Of a stretch of 64,000 nt of DNA, positions 21,786-34,274 are shown one piece after another. A program made the translations under genes and the position numbers. The notes under the pieces were generated by a model. It did not search any database, had not been told where the DNA came from, and saw only the letters and a list, made by a program, of their open reading frames with translations. The stretch is from Eledone cirrhosa (Eukaryota): positions 68,696,001 to 68,760,000 of the forward strand of contig OZ024741.1 in assembly GCA_964016885.1 (NCBI GenBank), given 5' to 3'. Every line of letters begins with the position of its first letter. The stretch's first letter is position 1.

Positions 21786-22201
21786 AATAAATTATCGAGA
21801 ATCGGAACTTCGGCCAACGAAATAACGAAACACAATCTTCGAAATGTGCGGCAAAGTGCTCAAAAGTTCGGATAAACCAGAGCTATAACTAACGTTTAAT
21901 ACCAACACACTGAGACGATGCTTAAACAATCATTCGCACAGCCAAAAATACGACCAAGAAAATTCGGGTCAGACAAATAAAAATATATATGAATGAAAAA
22001 TTTACCCGGACCCCCTGGAAAGATGGTAAATTCCAGCATTTGGGTTTCTGCGGCTCCTAAATCAGTTACCGTCAGCCTACATAAAAAATATCCAGCTTCT
22101 GGTAAGATGATGAACAAGGAAGTCATTTTTTCAACAGGCGTTTAGTTCAATAATACAATGGAAGACCGTTACTAAATCCACGTGGGGACCAGCAAGGGAG
22201 G

Positions 22202-22294
<93 letters not shown>

Positions 22295-22338
22295 TGACAA
22301 GCAAGTTTGATTTGAAATAACGAGCGAGTTTGAAAATA

Positions 22339-22478
22339 AAAATAGAAGCTTTTGCCGTATTTTTTACTAAAGAAAATTTAGCCTGATAGTAGGGTTTAAA
22401 ACCATTTCTTAGGGGGTTCTACATCCCACTATTTGGCTAAAACTTCTTTAGTCAAAAATACGACGAAAGCTTCTATTT
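22339..22478. repeat. Imperfect ~140-bp fold-back (MITE-like relic)
   Basis: AAATAGAAGCTTT..CGTATTTTT.ACTAAAGAA..TTTAGCC mirrored by GGCTAAA..TTCTTTAGT.AAAAATACG..AAAGCTTCTATTT. Confidence 0.7.
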
Positions 22479-22577
22479 ATATATATATATATATATATAT
22501 ACGCACGCAGACACACACACACACCACACACACATATGTATGAAACAGTTATAGTCATGTAGAAGCCATTTCTATAT

Positions 22578-22612
<35 letters not shown>

Positions 22613-22617
<5 letters not shown>

Positions 22618-23248
22618 TAAAATAATGAATAAACAAAGAAACAGTTCCTTATATTAAAAAATTCCTCATTTTACGATCGTTTCTAGGATATATATGTTAG
22701 TGTTGGTATGCATATCCTATAGATCTATGTAAAATTTTTATAAACTATCAGAGGGAATATACATACCTACACATATATATGCTGTCTTCAGAAATAATGA
22801 TATTTGTTTATTGAAAAAAACCAACAAAGATTTAATACAATAGGTCTGTTTGGGAACAGGTTTTGAATTGACTAATAGAAAGATAGTGAAGGTCAAGATA
22901 GTAATATAGTAGTAAAAGAACCTTAATTTATGGTTAGAGGAAGGTAGATTTCAGTTTTGGATGGAAAGAATATTATGAATGAAAGATTATTTTAGGGATA
23001 AAAATAGGTCATATGCTGACCTCAGAAATAATTATATTGGTTTTTTTCAATAAACAAATATCATTATTTCTGAAGACAGCATATATATGTGTAGGTATGT
23101 ATATTCCCTCTGATAGTTTGTAAAAATGTTACATAGATCTATAGGATATGCATACCAACACTAACATATATATCCTAGAAACGATCGTAAAATGATGAAT
23201 TTTTTAATATAAGGAACTGTTTCTTTGTTTATTCATTATTTTATTAAT
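22613..23248. mobile_element. Penelope-like relic: 212-bp inverted repeats (22613-22824 / 23037-23248), each with a hammerhead motif
   Basis: Arms are near-perfect reverse complements; inverted pseudo-LTRs with hammerheads are established for Penelope-like elements. Confidence 0.7.
23062..23197 (+). ncRNA. Type I hammerhead ribozyme motif with ~100-nt helix II (mirror copy on - strand at 22664-22799)
   Basis: CATTATTT-CTGAAGA-[long hairpin]-GAAA-CGATCG-TA-AAATGATG; palindromic helix III ACGATCGT; mismatches at the base of helix II. Confidence 0.7.
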
Positions 23249-23380
23249 TTATCTTGACTCCGTTAATTTTCACCGAAAAATTTTTTGAATATATCTTCTC
23301 TTTTCATGATATTCGGATTACATTGAGTTCTTCATACGGATTGGACACTACCGTACATTTTGGTAGATTTATCTACATAT

Positions 23381-24003
23381 ATGTAAGTATGTATGTATAC
23401 GTACATACATATATGTATACAGACGTACAGTAGCATGCTGTGTCAGTGTTGAACAAAAAGGTGACGTGGTTGCCTTAACACCGTATGGCATAAATTCAGG
23501 CTGTTCAGTTTGTTTACAAACGAACAAAGCGGCGTTATAATAAGCGTCCGCTAAACTGATACGTGCAATGTACGTCTGTATACATATATGTATGTACGTA
23601 TACATACATACTTACATTTAAGTAAGTGCCATACTAAGAGTGAGAAATGAAATTTCGTTTTCATTTTATTTCAATTTATCGTTTTCGGTATGCCTGACCG
23701 ATTTAACTCACTCAATATGCAAGTTAGGCTGCTCAGCCGTTAATTTTCATAAGGAAAGTATATACTTTCGAACGTTCAACTATCTGGCAGATGAGTATAC
23801 GGTGCTGATGATAGCTAACAAGCTTGAAACTAGTACATCGTTCCTGTGTCAGTGTTGAACAAAAAGGTGACGTGATTGCCTTAACACCGTATGGCATAAA
23901 TTCAGGCTGTTCAGTTTGTTTACAAACGAACAAAGCGGCGTTATAATAAGCGTCCGCTAAACTGATACGTGCATATATGTATGTGTACCTGTATGTATAT
24001 GTG

Positions 24004-24081
<78 letters not shown>

Positions 24082-24198
24082 TGCTACTGTACGTCTGTAT
24101 ACATATATGTATGTACGTATACATACATACTTACATTTAAGTAAGTGCCATACTAAGAGTGAGAAATGAAATTTCGTTTTCATTTTATTTCAATTTAT
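23381..24198 (+). mobile_element. Retrozyme-like insertion: 57-bp inverted 5' piece plus ~1.8 tandem units (period 406 bp)
   Basis: Unit restarts at 23441/23847; flanked by 16-bp direct repeat ATTTATCTACATATAT (23367-23382 and 24193-24208). Confidence 0.85.
23799..23841 (+). ncRNA. Minimal type I hammerhead ribozyme
   Basis: ACGGTG-CTGATGA-TAGCT(AACA)AGCTT-GAAA-CTAG-TA^CATCGT; predicted cleavage after 23835. Confidence 0.8.
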
Positions 24199-24199
24199 C

Positions 24200-24276
<77 letters not shown>

Positions 24277-24320
24277 GTGTGAGTGTGTGTGTGCGTGTGA
24301 TGGCTGCAATATAACAGGAA

Positions 24321-24396
<76 letters not shown>

Positions 24397-24418
24397 CTAT
24401 TAGCTTTCTCCGATTATG

Positions 24419-24456
<38 letters not shown>

Positions 24457-24931
24457 GACAGACAGTGACTCCCCCTATGCACACAAAGAATAAGTTATGA
24501 AACCAGATAGACGAGTGACTACACTTAGTCAATCTTTTTAGCTAGCCACCTTACAAATTTAGTGAAGGAACCAGGCAGTCATCATCCAAGTTAGTCAACC
24601 AGTCAGCTAACCAGCCAATAGACTAAACAATGTGTTGACAAACCAGTCATTTAGGCGATCAAATGGCAGAGTCGTTAAAACGTTGGATATATTGTTTGAG
24701 GTATTCGTTCCGACTCTCTCTTTTGGGGGTTCATATCCCATCATGGGCAACTTTGGCTTTCATACTTTCGAGGTCGATATATAAAAGTACCAGTTCATAT
24801 TCTCATTCTTTCTTTCACTCTTTCTTTCTAAGGAATAAATCAACTGTGTTCAGACCTGGAGATGGGATGGTCCCTTTTTAGGTGTTTTAAAAATGCAAAA
24901 TGTTCAGGATATAGTACATCACGTCAACGCC

Positions 24932-25153
24932 CTACAACTCCACCAGCCTGCTAGAAATAGCAGCCTAATTTTACTCAATTAATACGCTTGTATCTTTAAA
25001 AAAATAAAAGGAATGGCACATTAGAAACTGCGCTTCTAGATATAGAATGAGCAGACGATAGCCATAGCAGGACATCGTACATCAACACTGCCCTTATACC
25101 CCAGCCGGCTAGAAATAGCAGCCTAATTTTACTCAATTCATACAACTCCACCA
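24932..25153 (+). repeat. Dispersed repeat with core CCTGCTAGAAATAGCAGCCTAA, locally duplicated (related copy ~31925-32070)
   Basis: Direct repeat 24932-24980 vs 25103-25153; same core is tandemised inside the Helitron at 56.7-57.1 kb. Confidence 0.6.
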
Positions 25154-25261
25154 TCCCACATACATATATGTATGCATATACATATATATATATATGTATG
25201 CATATACATATGTATATACATATGTATGCATATACATATACTCATATGCATCCATATATGC

Positions 25262-25282
25262 ATGTATGTATGTATGTAGGCC

Positions 25283-25314
<32 letters not shown>

Positions 25315-25362
25315 TGTATGTATGTATGTATGTATGTATGTATGTATGTATGTATGTATGTA
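25262..25362. repeat. (TATG)n microsatellite
   Basis: Directly visible. Confidence 0.95.
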
Positions 25363-25382
25363 TGGAGGGCTATATGTATATC

Positions 25383-25967
25383 GCATGGTCGGGTCGTCGG
25401 CGACTAAACCGGCAACCCCACCAAGTTTACTTGATGAGGAGGGTGATTTGGGCACCCTGCAGGACAAAAAACAAAATCTGACAAAGGGTGGAAGAACTCA
25501 AAAGAATCGATGGCCATCCAAAAGTGTGTAAATATGTATATATACACATGTACATGTGTATGTGTATGTATATGTATATGTGTATATACATGGGTGCATG
25601 TGCATGTATATGCGCGGGGACATAGAAATAGTCGGGCTGGACACCCGATCGCGCGGTTAAACCACTGGGAGTGAAGGATCCCTAGCCTTTGTCGGGGAAT
25701 TCTTCTAGGAGAAGGCAACTCAGGCAACTGGGATAACTCTGATATTAAACCTGCTGCTCAGTAGTTACCGATGATGTTGATCTTTTCTTCTTTTCAGGTT
25801 ATAGCTACTGTCGCTCAGAGAGTGGGATTGGCACAGTGCACAGTCTTTCCTCACTTTAAAAAATATCTTCATGCAGAGGCATTTCTCGATAGAATTAATT
25901 AATAATTATTAATAATGGTATATCGTGCAATGGCCATACTCGATAACGAGGGGGCAGCCATCATCAT
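25383..25967 (+). mobile_element. Probable non-autonomous retroelement (RTE-related)
   Basis: CTAGGAGAAGG.AACTC...AAACC resembles RTE 5' UTR motifs (from memory); 3' end TCGTGCAATGGC.ATACTCGATAACGAGGGGGCAGCCATCAT recurs at 41885-41925. Confidence 0.5.
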
Positions 25968-26399
25968 GTATGTATGTTCTGGTTTTTTAATTTCACAAAG
26001 TTTATCAATAGAGTGAGAGTCGGTCTCTAACATAGAGACAAGACTCTCTCATTGGAATTTACACAACATCAACTAGGTAGATATGTATGTATGCATGCAT
26101 GTGTAGATATGGATCTTATTGTATGTGTGGATGTGGATGTTTTGAGTTGTATGTGTGCATGTGTATATGCTTTGTATCTGTACATGTGTTTATGCAGTTA
26201 TTAGATGCAAAATGTGGAATGTTTTACATATTTTTACTGTTCCATTAATAGATTGTACTTGTAATTTCCTAACTAGTTGTGTTCTTTCTGTTCCTGTGAA
26301 GCCTAGCTTCTCAAGATTTGTATTGTCAGTGTTATATCAGGTCTATTTGCATCTATTTTGCGGTCTGTTTGGATGCTAAATTTCCACAAGATTGAGATG

Positions 26400-27480
26400 T
26401 GATCTATTTTCAAGTATCTTTTTCAATACTTTTGATGGGGCAGTTCAAAATGCTTACACATTATCCAATGTATGTATTGTGCAGCTCTGTCATGCCTGTT
26501 TAGGTATTCGGTTAGAGCTATAGGACTGCACATTGAAATTATATGATCAAGGTCTCTGGTTGTTTTTTACATACACGGCATAATGGGTTGCATCCATTTT
26601 TTATTATGTTGGCTTGGGAATTTTTTGTTGGCAGACACTGATCTTGTGTTCATATAATCAGTCCTTCAGTCTCCGATTTTAGTCCAGAGGATGCCAACCA
26701 CTGATGGGTTAAAGTTTTGTCAACATCAGGATTGTTAACTCTTTCTGGGTATTTTCCATACAGAGCCTTTTCTTGCCATTTCTTAGCCAGTTTCTGTAGC
26801 AGTTCTTTCTTTGCAGTTACTTTTACCTGCTTTGCTTTTTCAGTGTTTTCCATTTCAGCAGTAAATGGGACTTCTGAAATTTGTAGTCCATAACTGAATC
26901 TTTGTGCATCTTTTGTAATGGAGTATGATCTTTTGATGCTTTCGTGTTTCAAAACGAGTTTGATCATCCAATGTGATTCCTTTAGATATGTAGATAATTC
27001 AATTGTTGCAGTTTTCAACGCAATATCTAACTGGATTAACCCACGTCCTCCTTCTTTCCTATCTATATCTGCCTTAGGGTGATGCATTCTGTGCATGGTT
27101 AAGAATTTTCTAATTTTTGTATCGAGCCTACGGATCTCTGTGCTTCACCAGTTGATGACATTGTAACTGTAGGTTACTACTGGTATGGCAAGCGTGTTTA
27201 TGGCATCGATCCTATTCCTTGCATTCAATTCGGTTCTTAAGATTGCTCTTACTCTGCGGTAACATTCCTTCCTTATCCTTTCCCTCATTGTCGAGTGCTT
27301 GATTCCGTCTCCTTCACAAACACCTAGATATTTGTAAGTTTCCTCTTGATCAAGTTCTATTATCACATTCCTCCGATCAAGATTAATATCTGAACTTTTC
27401 AGCAGCTTTCCTCTGGTGAACATTGCTTTGGCGCATTAAACTAGTCCAAACTCCATTTTAATGTCATCACTGAACTGCTC
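26400..27480 (-). pseudogene. Older, divergent R4/Dong-clade RT relic (second family)
   Basis: ETYKYLGVCEGDGIKH..ECYRRVRAILRTELNARNRIDAIN; HPKADIDR..EGGRGL; THQWLASSGLKSETEGLII; stops and deletions. Confidence 0.8.
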
Positions 27481-27506
27481 CACAGGGGTTATTATTATTA
27501 TTATAG

Positions 27507-27691
27507 GGGCGGTGGATTGGCAGTATCGGTAGAGGGTCGGACGCCATGCTTTCCAGCATAGTTACGTCCCTTGACGATCTGAGTTCAAAACCCGCCGAGG
27601 CTGACTTTGCCTTTCATCCTTACGGGGTTGATAAAATAAAGTACCAGTAATGCACTGGGTGATTGCTGGCCTTGTGCCTAAAGTAGAAACA
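27507..27691 (+). mobile_element. tRNA-derived SINE (~185 bp)
   Basis: A box TGGCAGTATCGG, B box GAGTTCAAA, core GCCTTTCATCCTTACGGGGT.GATAAAATAAAGTACCAG, 3' end CCTTGTGCCTAAAGTAGAAACA followed by (ATT)n. Confidence 0.9.
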
Positions 27692-27715
27692 ATTATTATT
27701 ATTATTATTATTGTT

Positions 27716-28028
27716 CTTTGAGTCTCAGTCATTGATGTTAGTTAACTGGAAAGCTTGTTGAAATGAATATCAAGCCACTACCTGCAGCCTCAGATATTCA
27801 GGACGTATCGGAGGGTTCTTGCTGGTCCCAGCAAGCATGCCTTTTGACGCGTTCCAAAAAGCGTGAAGGGGCCAATTTTCTTTAACCATCCCTGGAAACT
27901 TTTTGAGATAGTACCTAGTGCGCCTATGACAATCGGGACCACTTTGACTTCATGGCAGTTCCAATCCTTTTTACCTCCCACTTTAAGTCCTGGTATCGGT
28001 TAATTTTCTCCCTCTCCTTCTCTTGCAC
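27716..28028 (-). mobile_element. R4/Dong copy E (3'-terminal ~310 bp), tail-to-tail with the SINE on a shared (ATT)n
   Basis: Matches the 3' end of copy B (VPIVIGALGTISK..LRYVLNI). Confidence 0.9.
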
Positions 28029-28481
28029 AGCCCGAATTACGCCGTACAGTCTTTAGGCAACATATATGTATTTACGTATACATACATACATACTTACATT
28101 TAAGTTAGTGCGTACTAAGAGTGAGAATTGAAATTTCGTTTCATTCTATTCCATTTATCGTTTTCGGTGTGCCCGGCCGACTGAACTCACTCGACATGCA
28201 AATTAGGCTGCTCAGCCGTTAATATACATAAGGAAAGTATATACTTTCAAACGTTCAACCATCTGGCAGGAAGGTTTACGATGCTGACGATAGCTAATAA
28301 ACTTGAAACTAGTACATCGTTCCTGTGTCAGTGTTGAACAAAAAGGTGACGTGGTTGCCTAAACACTGTACGGCGTAATTCGGGCTGTTTGTTTGTTTAC
28401 AAACAAACAAACAAACCGAGCATTATAATAAATGTTCGGTAAACCGATACGTGCATTTATATATATGTGTGCATGTGTGTG

Positions 28482-28500
<19 letters not shown>
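28029..28500 (+). mobile_element. Retrozyme-like insertion: ~30-bp inverted piece plus ~1 unit
   Basis: 28031-28061 is the reverse complement of 28353-28384; unit homologous to 23441-23846. Confidence 0.8.
28278..28320 (+). ncRNA. Minimal type I hammerhead (one helix II mismatch)
   Basis: ACGATG-CTGACGA-TAGCT(AATA)AACTT-GAAA-CTAG-TA^CATCGT. Confidence 0.72.
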
Positions 28501-28520
<20 letters not shown>

Positions 28521-28783
28521 ATATAAACATATTATGCGTACGTATATACATTCATACAAACATACATATGCACAATCACGTGGACACTCATATAAACACA
28601 TATACACATATATATACATATATATACATACGTGTTTTGATTCATCGTATAAACATGGGTATGAGAGTATATTGAAGAATACACAAACACGAAATGATAC
28701 GAAGATACTTGCACTGTGCAAGTTGCATATACACCTAATAGTAGAAATGCATATAAAGCAGATACACACAAACAAGCATAACT

Positions 28784-29245
<462 letters not shown>

Positions 29246-29393
29246 GACTAGTCATATCATACTGGTGTGAAATTCAATTAGGGAAACGAAAGTACACACC
29301 ATTCTGTGGTAATGTGAAATAATACTTATTGCACACGCACACACACATACACAAACACACACACACACACACACTCAAATACACGTACATTTA

Positions 29394-29494
29394 CAGGGTG
29401 TACCATAAACATGTATATACACTTCAACAGCATTCGAATAAATATTGCCTGTACAGGTAATCAAAGTGTGTATGTATTTTTAGGGGACACCCTG
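29394..29494. mobile_element. Tc1/mariner-type MITE (~100 bp)
   Basis: TA-CAGGGTGT.CC.TAAA.. / ..TTTAGGGGACACCCTG-TA terminal inverted repeats with TA duplication. Confidence 0.75.
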
Positions 29495-30369
29495 TATATA
29501 TGTACTCACCCACACATTTATACATATAAGGTTATATTTGATAAAGAATTCCAATTCTACAAAAAAAAAAAAAAAGAGAAAAATGGTTTACAAAATGTTG
29601 TTTCAACGATAAGCTTATGTTGAATATAGAGAACCACTAAAGAACCACTAAAATAAAGTAACAGAAAAATAATGTAATTTAACCAACACCATATAAATAT
29701 ACCCAGAAACACTGCAAGGTAATTCCTAACCATGATAAGTTCATATTTTCCTGGCTATTTTTTAAATAGTAATCCCATCAAGATTAACTATAGTTGTTTA
29801 AGGAACTCAGATAAACGTCGAACCATATTTGTTTATTTATTTAATCAATTTAAACGTACGAATAGAGCTAATAAGCCATGACAGGCGAGGGGAAGTATCG
29901 AATACACCTTACAGTTGGTAATAAAAAAGAGCTAGTGAGAGAAACGATAAAAATAAATAAATACATTATAAAAGGAAAAAAAAATAGAAAAAATAAAATA
30001 ACGATAAAAATTTCAAATATTGAAGGCCAATGGGAGGCAGATTATGCATAAGAAAACACAAATAGGAAAGGAGGGAAGCTGTAAAACAGCTAGTAGTTTC
30101 TGTTGTGGAATCTTTTCCTAGCTTCCATGTACTCAAAGATTTTGTTTATATTTGGTAGACACTTAATCATATATAGAACTTCTAATCCTTGTAGTTTTTT
30201 AAAGATTGATTAGTTTCTAGATTGGAACACATAGCACCAAAGTGTTTCTGGAGAGTCACCATAAGAACATAGAGGGGAATATGACCTGGTCTTCATAGAA
30301 TGTATTTCAAAGGTATATGACCAATTCGAAACCAGCATAGTATTTTATTTATTTGCATTACTCAATGAT

Positions 30370-30533
30370 CGATAAGTTATGAATGTTGTCAAATAGGGAT
30401 GTACCTACAAATATATAACAAATTGTCCTTTTAACAATAGAAGCCTGTTGAAAGAGCTGGTGTATAGATCAGATATGGAAAAAATATATATTGGGCTCTC
30501 TGAAAACTCACTGAAACCCGATTATACACAACA
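30370..30533 (+). pseudogene. Penelope-like GIY-YIG endonuclease relic
   Basis: Frame from 30421 reads NCPFNNRSLLKELVYRSDMEKIYIGLSENSLKPDYTQH, matching the CP..G.CL...VY....YIG..E..K.R...H pattern. Confidence 0.55.
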
Positions 30534-30535
30534 TA

Positions 30536-30803
30536 CAAGGGTCGGCTGAAAAGTTCATAGGCTGTAAATCTCATAGACTGACTAAGATACTTTCAAGAAA
30601 TGACCAAATGGGGTTTATTTTTCAACATAGTCCCTGGAAAGAAACAATGCAGTCATTAACAAGAAGAGTTGAAATTAATCGTTTCTACTTTTGACACAAG
30701 ACCAGCAATTATTCCAGTGCATTACTGGTGCTTTATTTTATCGACCCGGTAAAGGTGAAAGACAAAGTTAACCTCGGCCTATGAATCTTTCAGCCGAACC
30801 GCG
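30536..30803. mobile_element. mariner-type MITE with a nested partial SINE (- strand, ~30680-30778)
   Basis: TIRs TA-CAAGGGTCGGCTGAAAAGTTCATAGG / CCTATGAATCTTTCAGCCGAACCGCG-TA. Confidence 0.75.
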
Positions 30804-31363
30804 TACATATTCAGTCAACATATTTTATTCTTGCTTGCATATAAGAACATTTAAATTACCATTTAAAAATTCTATCCGATTATTAAATAGTTACATACAT
30901 GAACCCCGGGTGTGCAACCACAAAACGTGACGTAAAATTATTCATGAATCAGAAAATTATGCATGCTGCAGGCTACTTTATCCGTCTTAAAGATATTTTA
31001 TCCGATTTTCTAAAGCAATCATTTATAGCAATCGACTGTTATCATAGTTCTTTTTTCCGTTTGGATTCCCACATTTCAAATTTCAAATCGTAACTTCTTA
31101 ATTTGGACGGGTTTCGTTGTCAGCCGTCCCTTAACCCAATGGCTAACGCATTCAGCATTTATTCAAGAGTTCTCTTTTCGGTAGCAGTAGGGTGTTTAAC
31201 CTGACTTTCTAAAGCTTTGTTACAGTTCTTTTCTGCGTTTGGATTCTCGCAGTTAAAATAAACATTTGCTTGAGGGTGGTTTCTTCTCTCAAAACCTTCT
31301 GCTGTTCAGCTCCCCTGAGAGTTTCTTACCTCCACCACCACCACGACCACCACCGCCACTATG

Positions 31364-31473
<110 letters not shown>

Positions 31474-32299
31474 TAGGTGTCCGAGCAATGATACATTTAG
31501 AGTTATGCTGTGTCAGTCTGAGCATTATGATACATATATAGGTGTACTCAGCCGTTTAAACTATCATACAATGGTAGACACTTTCGTTGGCCTTTCAACT
31601 AGAACATAGATCCTTTGAAACCAGCGTGTAATTTAGTGATATATTTATATTTAAATAGACTTGAACGAAGTTGGACACTGTCCATACATATTTTTCTGCC
31701 TTTCTAGTCCAATGTAGCCAACGAGGGCGATATTTGTCATCAAAGCAACGTTACAATTTAACGATCATTCTATTACTGACACTGTATTTCTTTCTATAAC
31801 TAATGTATCCATCTGCTTCTGATAGCTCTATATAGCATGTACGTCATTGTATGAATTATGGGTATTTTCTGTCATTAGGTACGAACTTTTGATTTTATGA
31901 TTAGTCATGATACCTATGCCTCTACAGAGGCCATCAACCTGCTAGAGATATCAACCAAATGTTCCTTATATCACACCCAACCATCTTAAAAAGGTGGATG
32001 ACAGATTTGATAACGCTGTATTAAATAGAATATATGGTAAACAAAGAAAAGTTGGAATGGTCATGTATAGAATAACTCTTCACTGGTAGGGTGAAGGGAA
32101 GTAATTTTCCTCATATTCGTAATCTGGAACGGATGCTTGCAAGCGAGCTTTCCTAAGGGTCAAGAAGTTGTGTTTTCCTGGGTGACGGATTAAGTATATC
32201 GACCAAAAACAAATACAGTCCCTCCGACATGCTTCTGCTCAAACTCCTTACAAATAATAACCGATTGACCAGATCGAACCCGGAACCACATGATTGTGA

Positions 32300-33080
32300 A
32301 AACATCATCTTAAGCGTACGCTGAAATCATTATTCCACTGTGCAGTCGATTTCCTCGACACGTCGCCTCCAACGTCATTATTAGAAGGGTTGGCAGTATC
32401 GGTAGAGCGTCAGACAACTTCTTGCTTTGCAACATGGAGTTATGGCCCTTTACGTTATGAGTTCAAATTCGGCGAGGTTAACTTTGCCTTTCATCCTTAC
32501 GGGGTCGATAAAATAAAGTACCAGTCATGCACTGGGTATTTGCTGGCCTTGTGCCAAAAGTAGAAACAATTATTAGAAGGAGCCTTAGCGCAGCAACCAG
32601 TTTCCCACCCAGAGCTTGCTGACCTCGAGTATGTTGAGACAGGTAATTTCTCATTCGAAAGGCCCCGTGTTGCAACACGTTCCCCACCATTAACCTTGTC
32701 GCTTCGGCCACTGCTTCCTGTAACACATGGGAGCCGAAGATATTCAAATACTGGGACTTGGCCGATCGTTTTCTTTTCCTGACAGTCGCCGTTGAGAATT
32801 CTGGTGTCCTCGGTCACCAAACTGCCGTTTTCCCCTCTGAAAATGTGTAATGATTGCATCCACCTGAGTAAGGAGCCCCGTGGGATGGGGTGGCTGATGC
32901 AGCATGTATCACTGACTGTTCTATGTGACAATGCCTTCGACATTTTGTTTGTAGAACGTAGCTAAGATATACCACCTAGATTTGGGTGTAGAGTCTGTTG
33001 TTATCTCCGCTTACTTATTTTCGTTATTTATTGTTTTATTGCAAACATTCTATAGTTTAATTGAAATTTGTTGAATAATG
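32300..33080 (+). pseudogene. Degenerate CRE-like RLE non-LTR 3' fragment, interrupted by a SINE
   Basis: PRHVASNVIIRRSLS..FP and KIFKYWDLADRFLFLTVAVENSGVLG; DNA homology to 51790-52335. Confidence 0.6.
32389..32568 (+). mobile_element. tRNA-derived SINE with 12-bp TSD ATTATTAGAAGG
   Basis: TSD at 32377-32388 and 32569-32580; A and B boxes. Confidence 0.9.
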
Positions 33081-33289
33081 TATTCCTTGTTGAGATGGAC
33101 AATTTAATCATGTTTTGGTAAATGTTAAAGCAAAATCTCACAGCTGATCTCACACTGTAGTTTAATATCTTTTAATATCAACAAATATAAATATTTCCCC
33201 AAGATAGATTAACTGGAGATTGAAGACAACGATCTTTGAGTAATACACACCTATAACAATTAATATACGATCCAATGGTTGGGATGAGT

Positions 33290-33560
33290 GTTAGGGGTAG
33301 GGCTAGGGTTAGGGTTAGGATTAGGGTTAGGATTTGGGTTAGGGTTCTTGATCAGATTTATGCCTAATTTTATGGTTATAGGTAGTGTTTGGAATGGAGT
33401 TATGGTTAATGTTAGAGCTTGGATTATGGTAGTGTTTGGGTCTAGGTTCAGATTTAAGGTTAATGTTTACGATAAGGGTGGTTATTGTTATTGTAAGAGT
33501 GAAGGTTTAGGATTATGTTTAGTTTTAGGACCAGATTTATGGTTAGGTTTATGTTTATGG
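33290..33560 (+). repeat. Degenerate (TTAGGG)n-like hexamer array
   Basis: GTTAGGGGTAGGGCTAGGGTTAGGGTTAGGATTAGGG... decaying rightward. Confidence 0.7.
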
Positions 33561-34105
33561 TCAGTGTTAATGTCAGGATTAAGTTTACTGTTGGCGTAGC
33601 TACATGACATTGAACAAAGCTCAGCCTTTTGGACTTTACAGTCATTCCGTGACCAGTTTTATAGATTTCGTTAAATTAACTTGAACCGTTTCAAGTCAAC
33701 GTATGTAAAAAAAAACACGAGCAGAGAAAGAAATCCAGATCCAGTTCTTGGGTGGCGGACTTGATGTAAAGGTTTGTATAAGGTCTGTGGTGTTTACATA
33801 TTATATTTATTTGATGAGAGAAGAAAACCGTTTTCAAGTAATATCCTCCAATCTAAACTGTAAAATGGTAGATTTGATAATATATTCCTACATAGGTTAT
33901 ATTTGATGAGATGGTCATGTTTGTAACATTTTTGATTGTAGATCTACTTGAACAACAATATATTTCCGTTTCTGTTCGTAGGCCTTAAATTATAAATGTT
34001 GTATCTGAAAGAAATTGGTTTTAACCGAGAATTGTAATCATGTCTCAGACACAGCCTATTACGGGGTTACCTATTTATGCAAACATCAGCTATGGTATTA
34101 TATAA

Positions 34106-34168
<63 letters not shown>

Positions 34169-34243
34169 CACACACACAAACATACACACACACACACACA
34201 AACATACACACACACACACACACATACACACACACACACGCAA

Positions 34244-34274
<31 letters not shown>

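Noticed and set aside
27507-27600. Functional tRNA gene
   Set aside because: A and B boxes are present but there is no cloverleaf; it is the head of a multi-copy SINE with TSDs.
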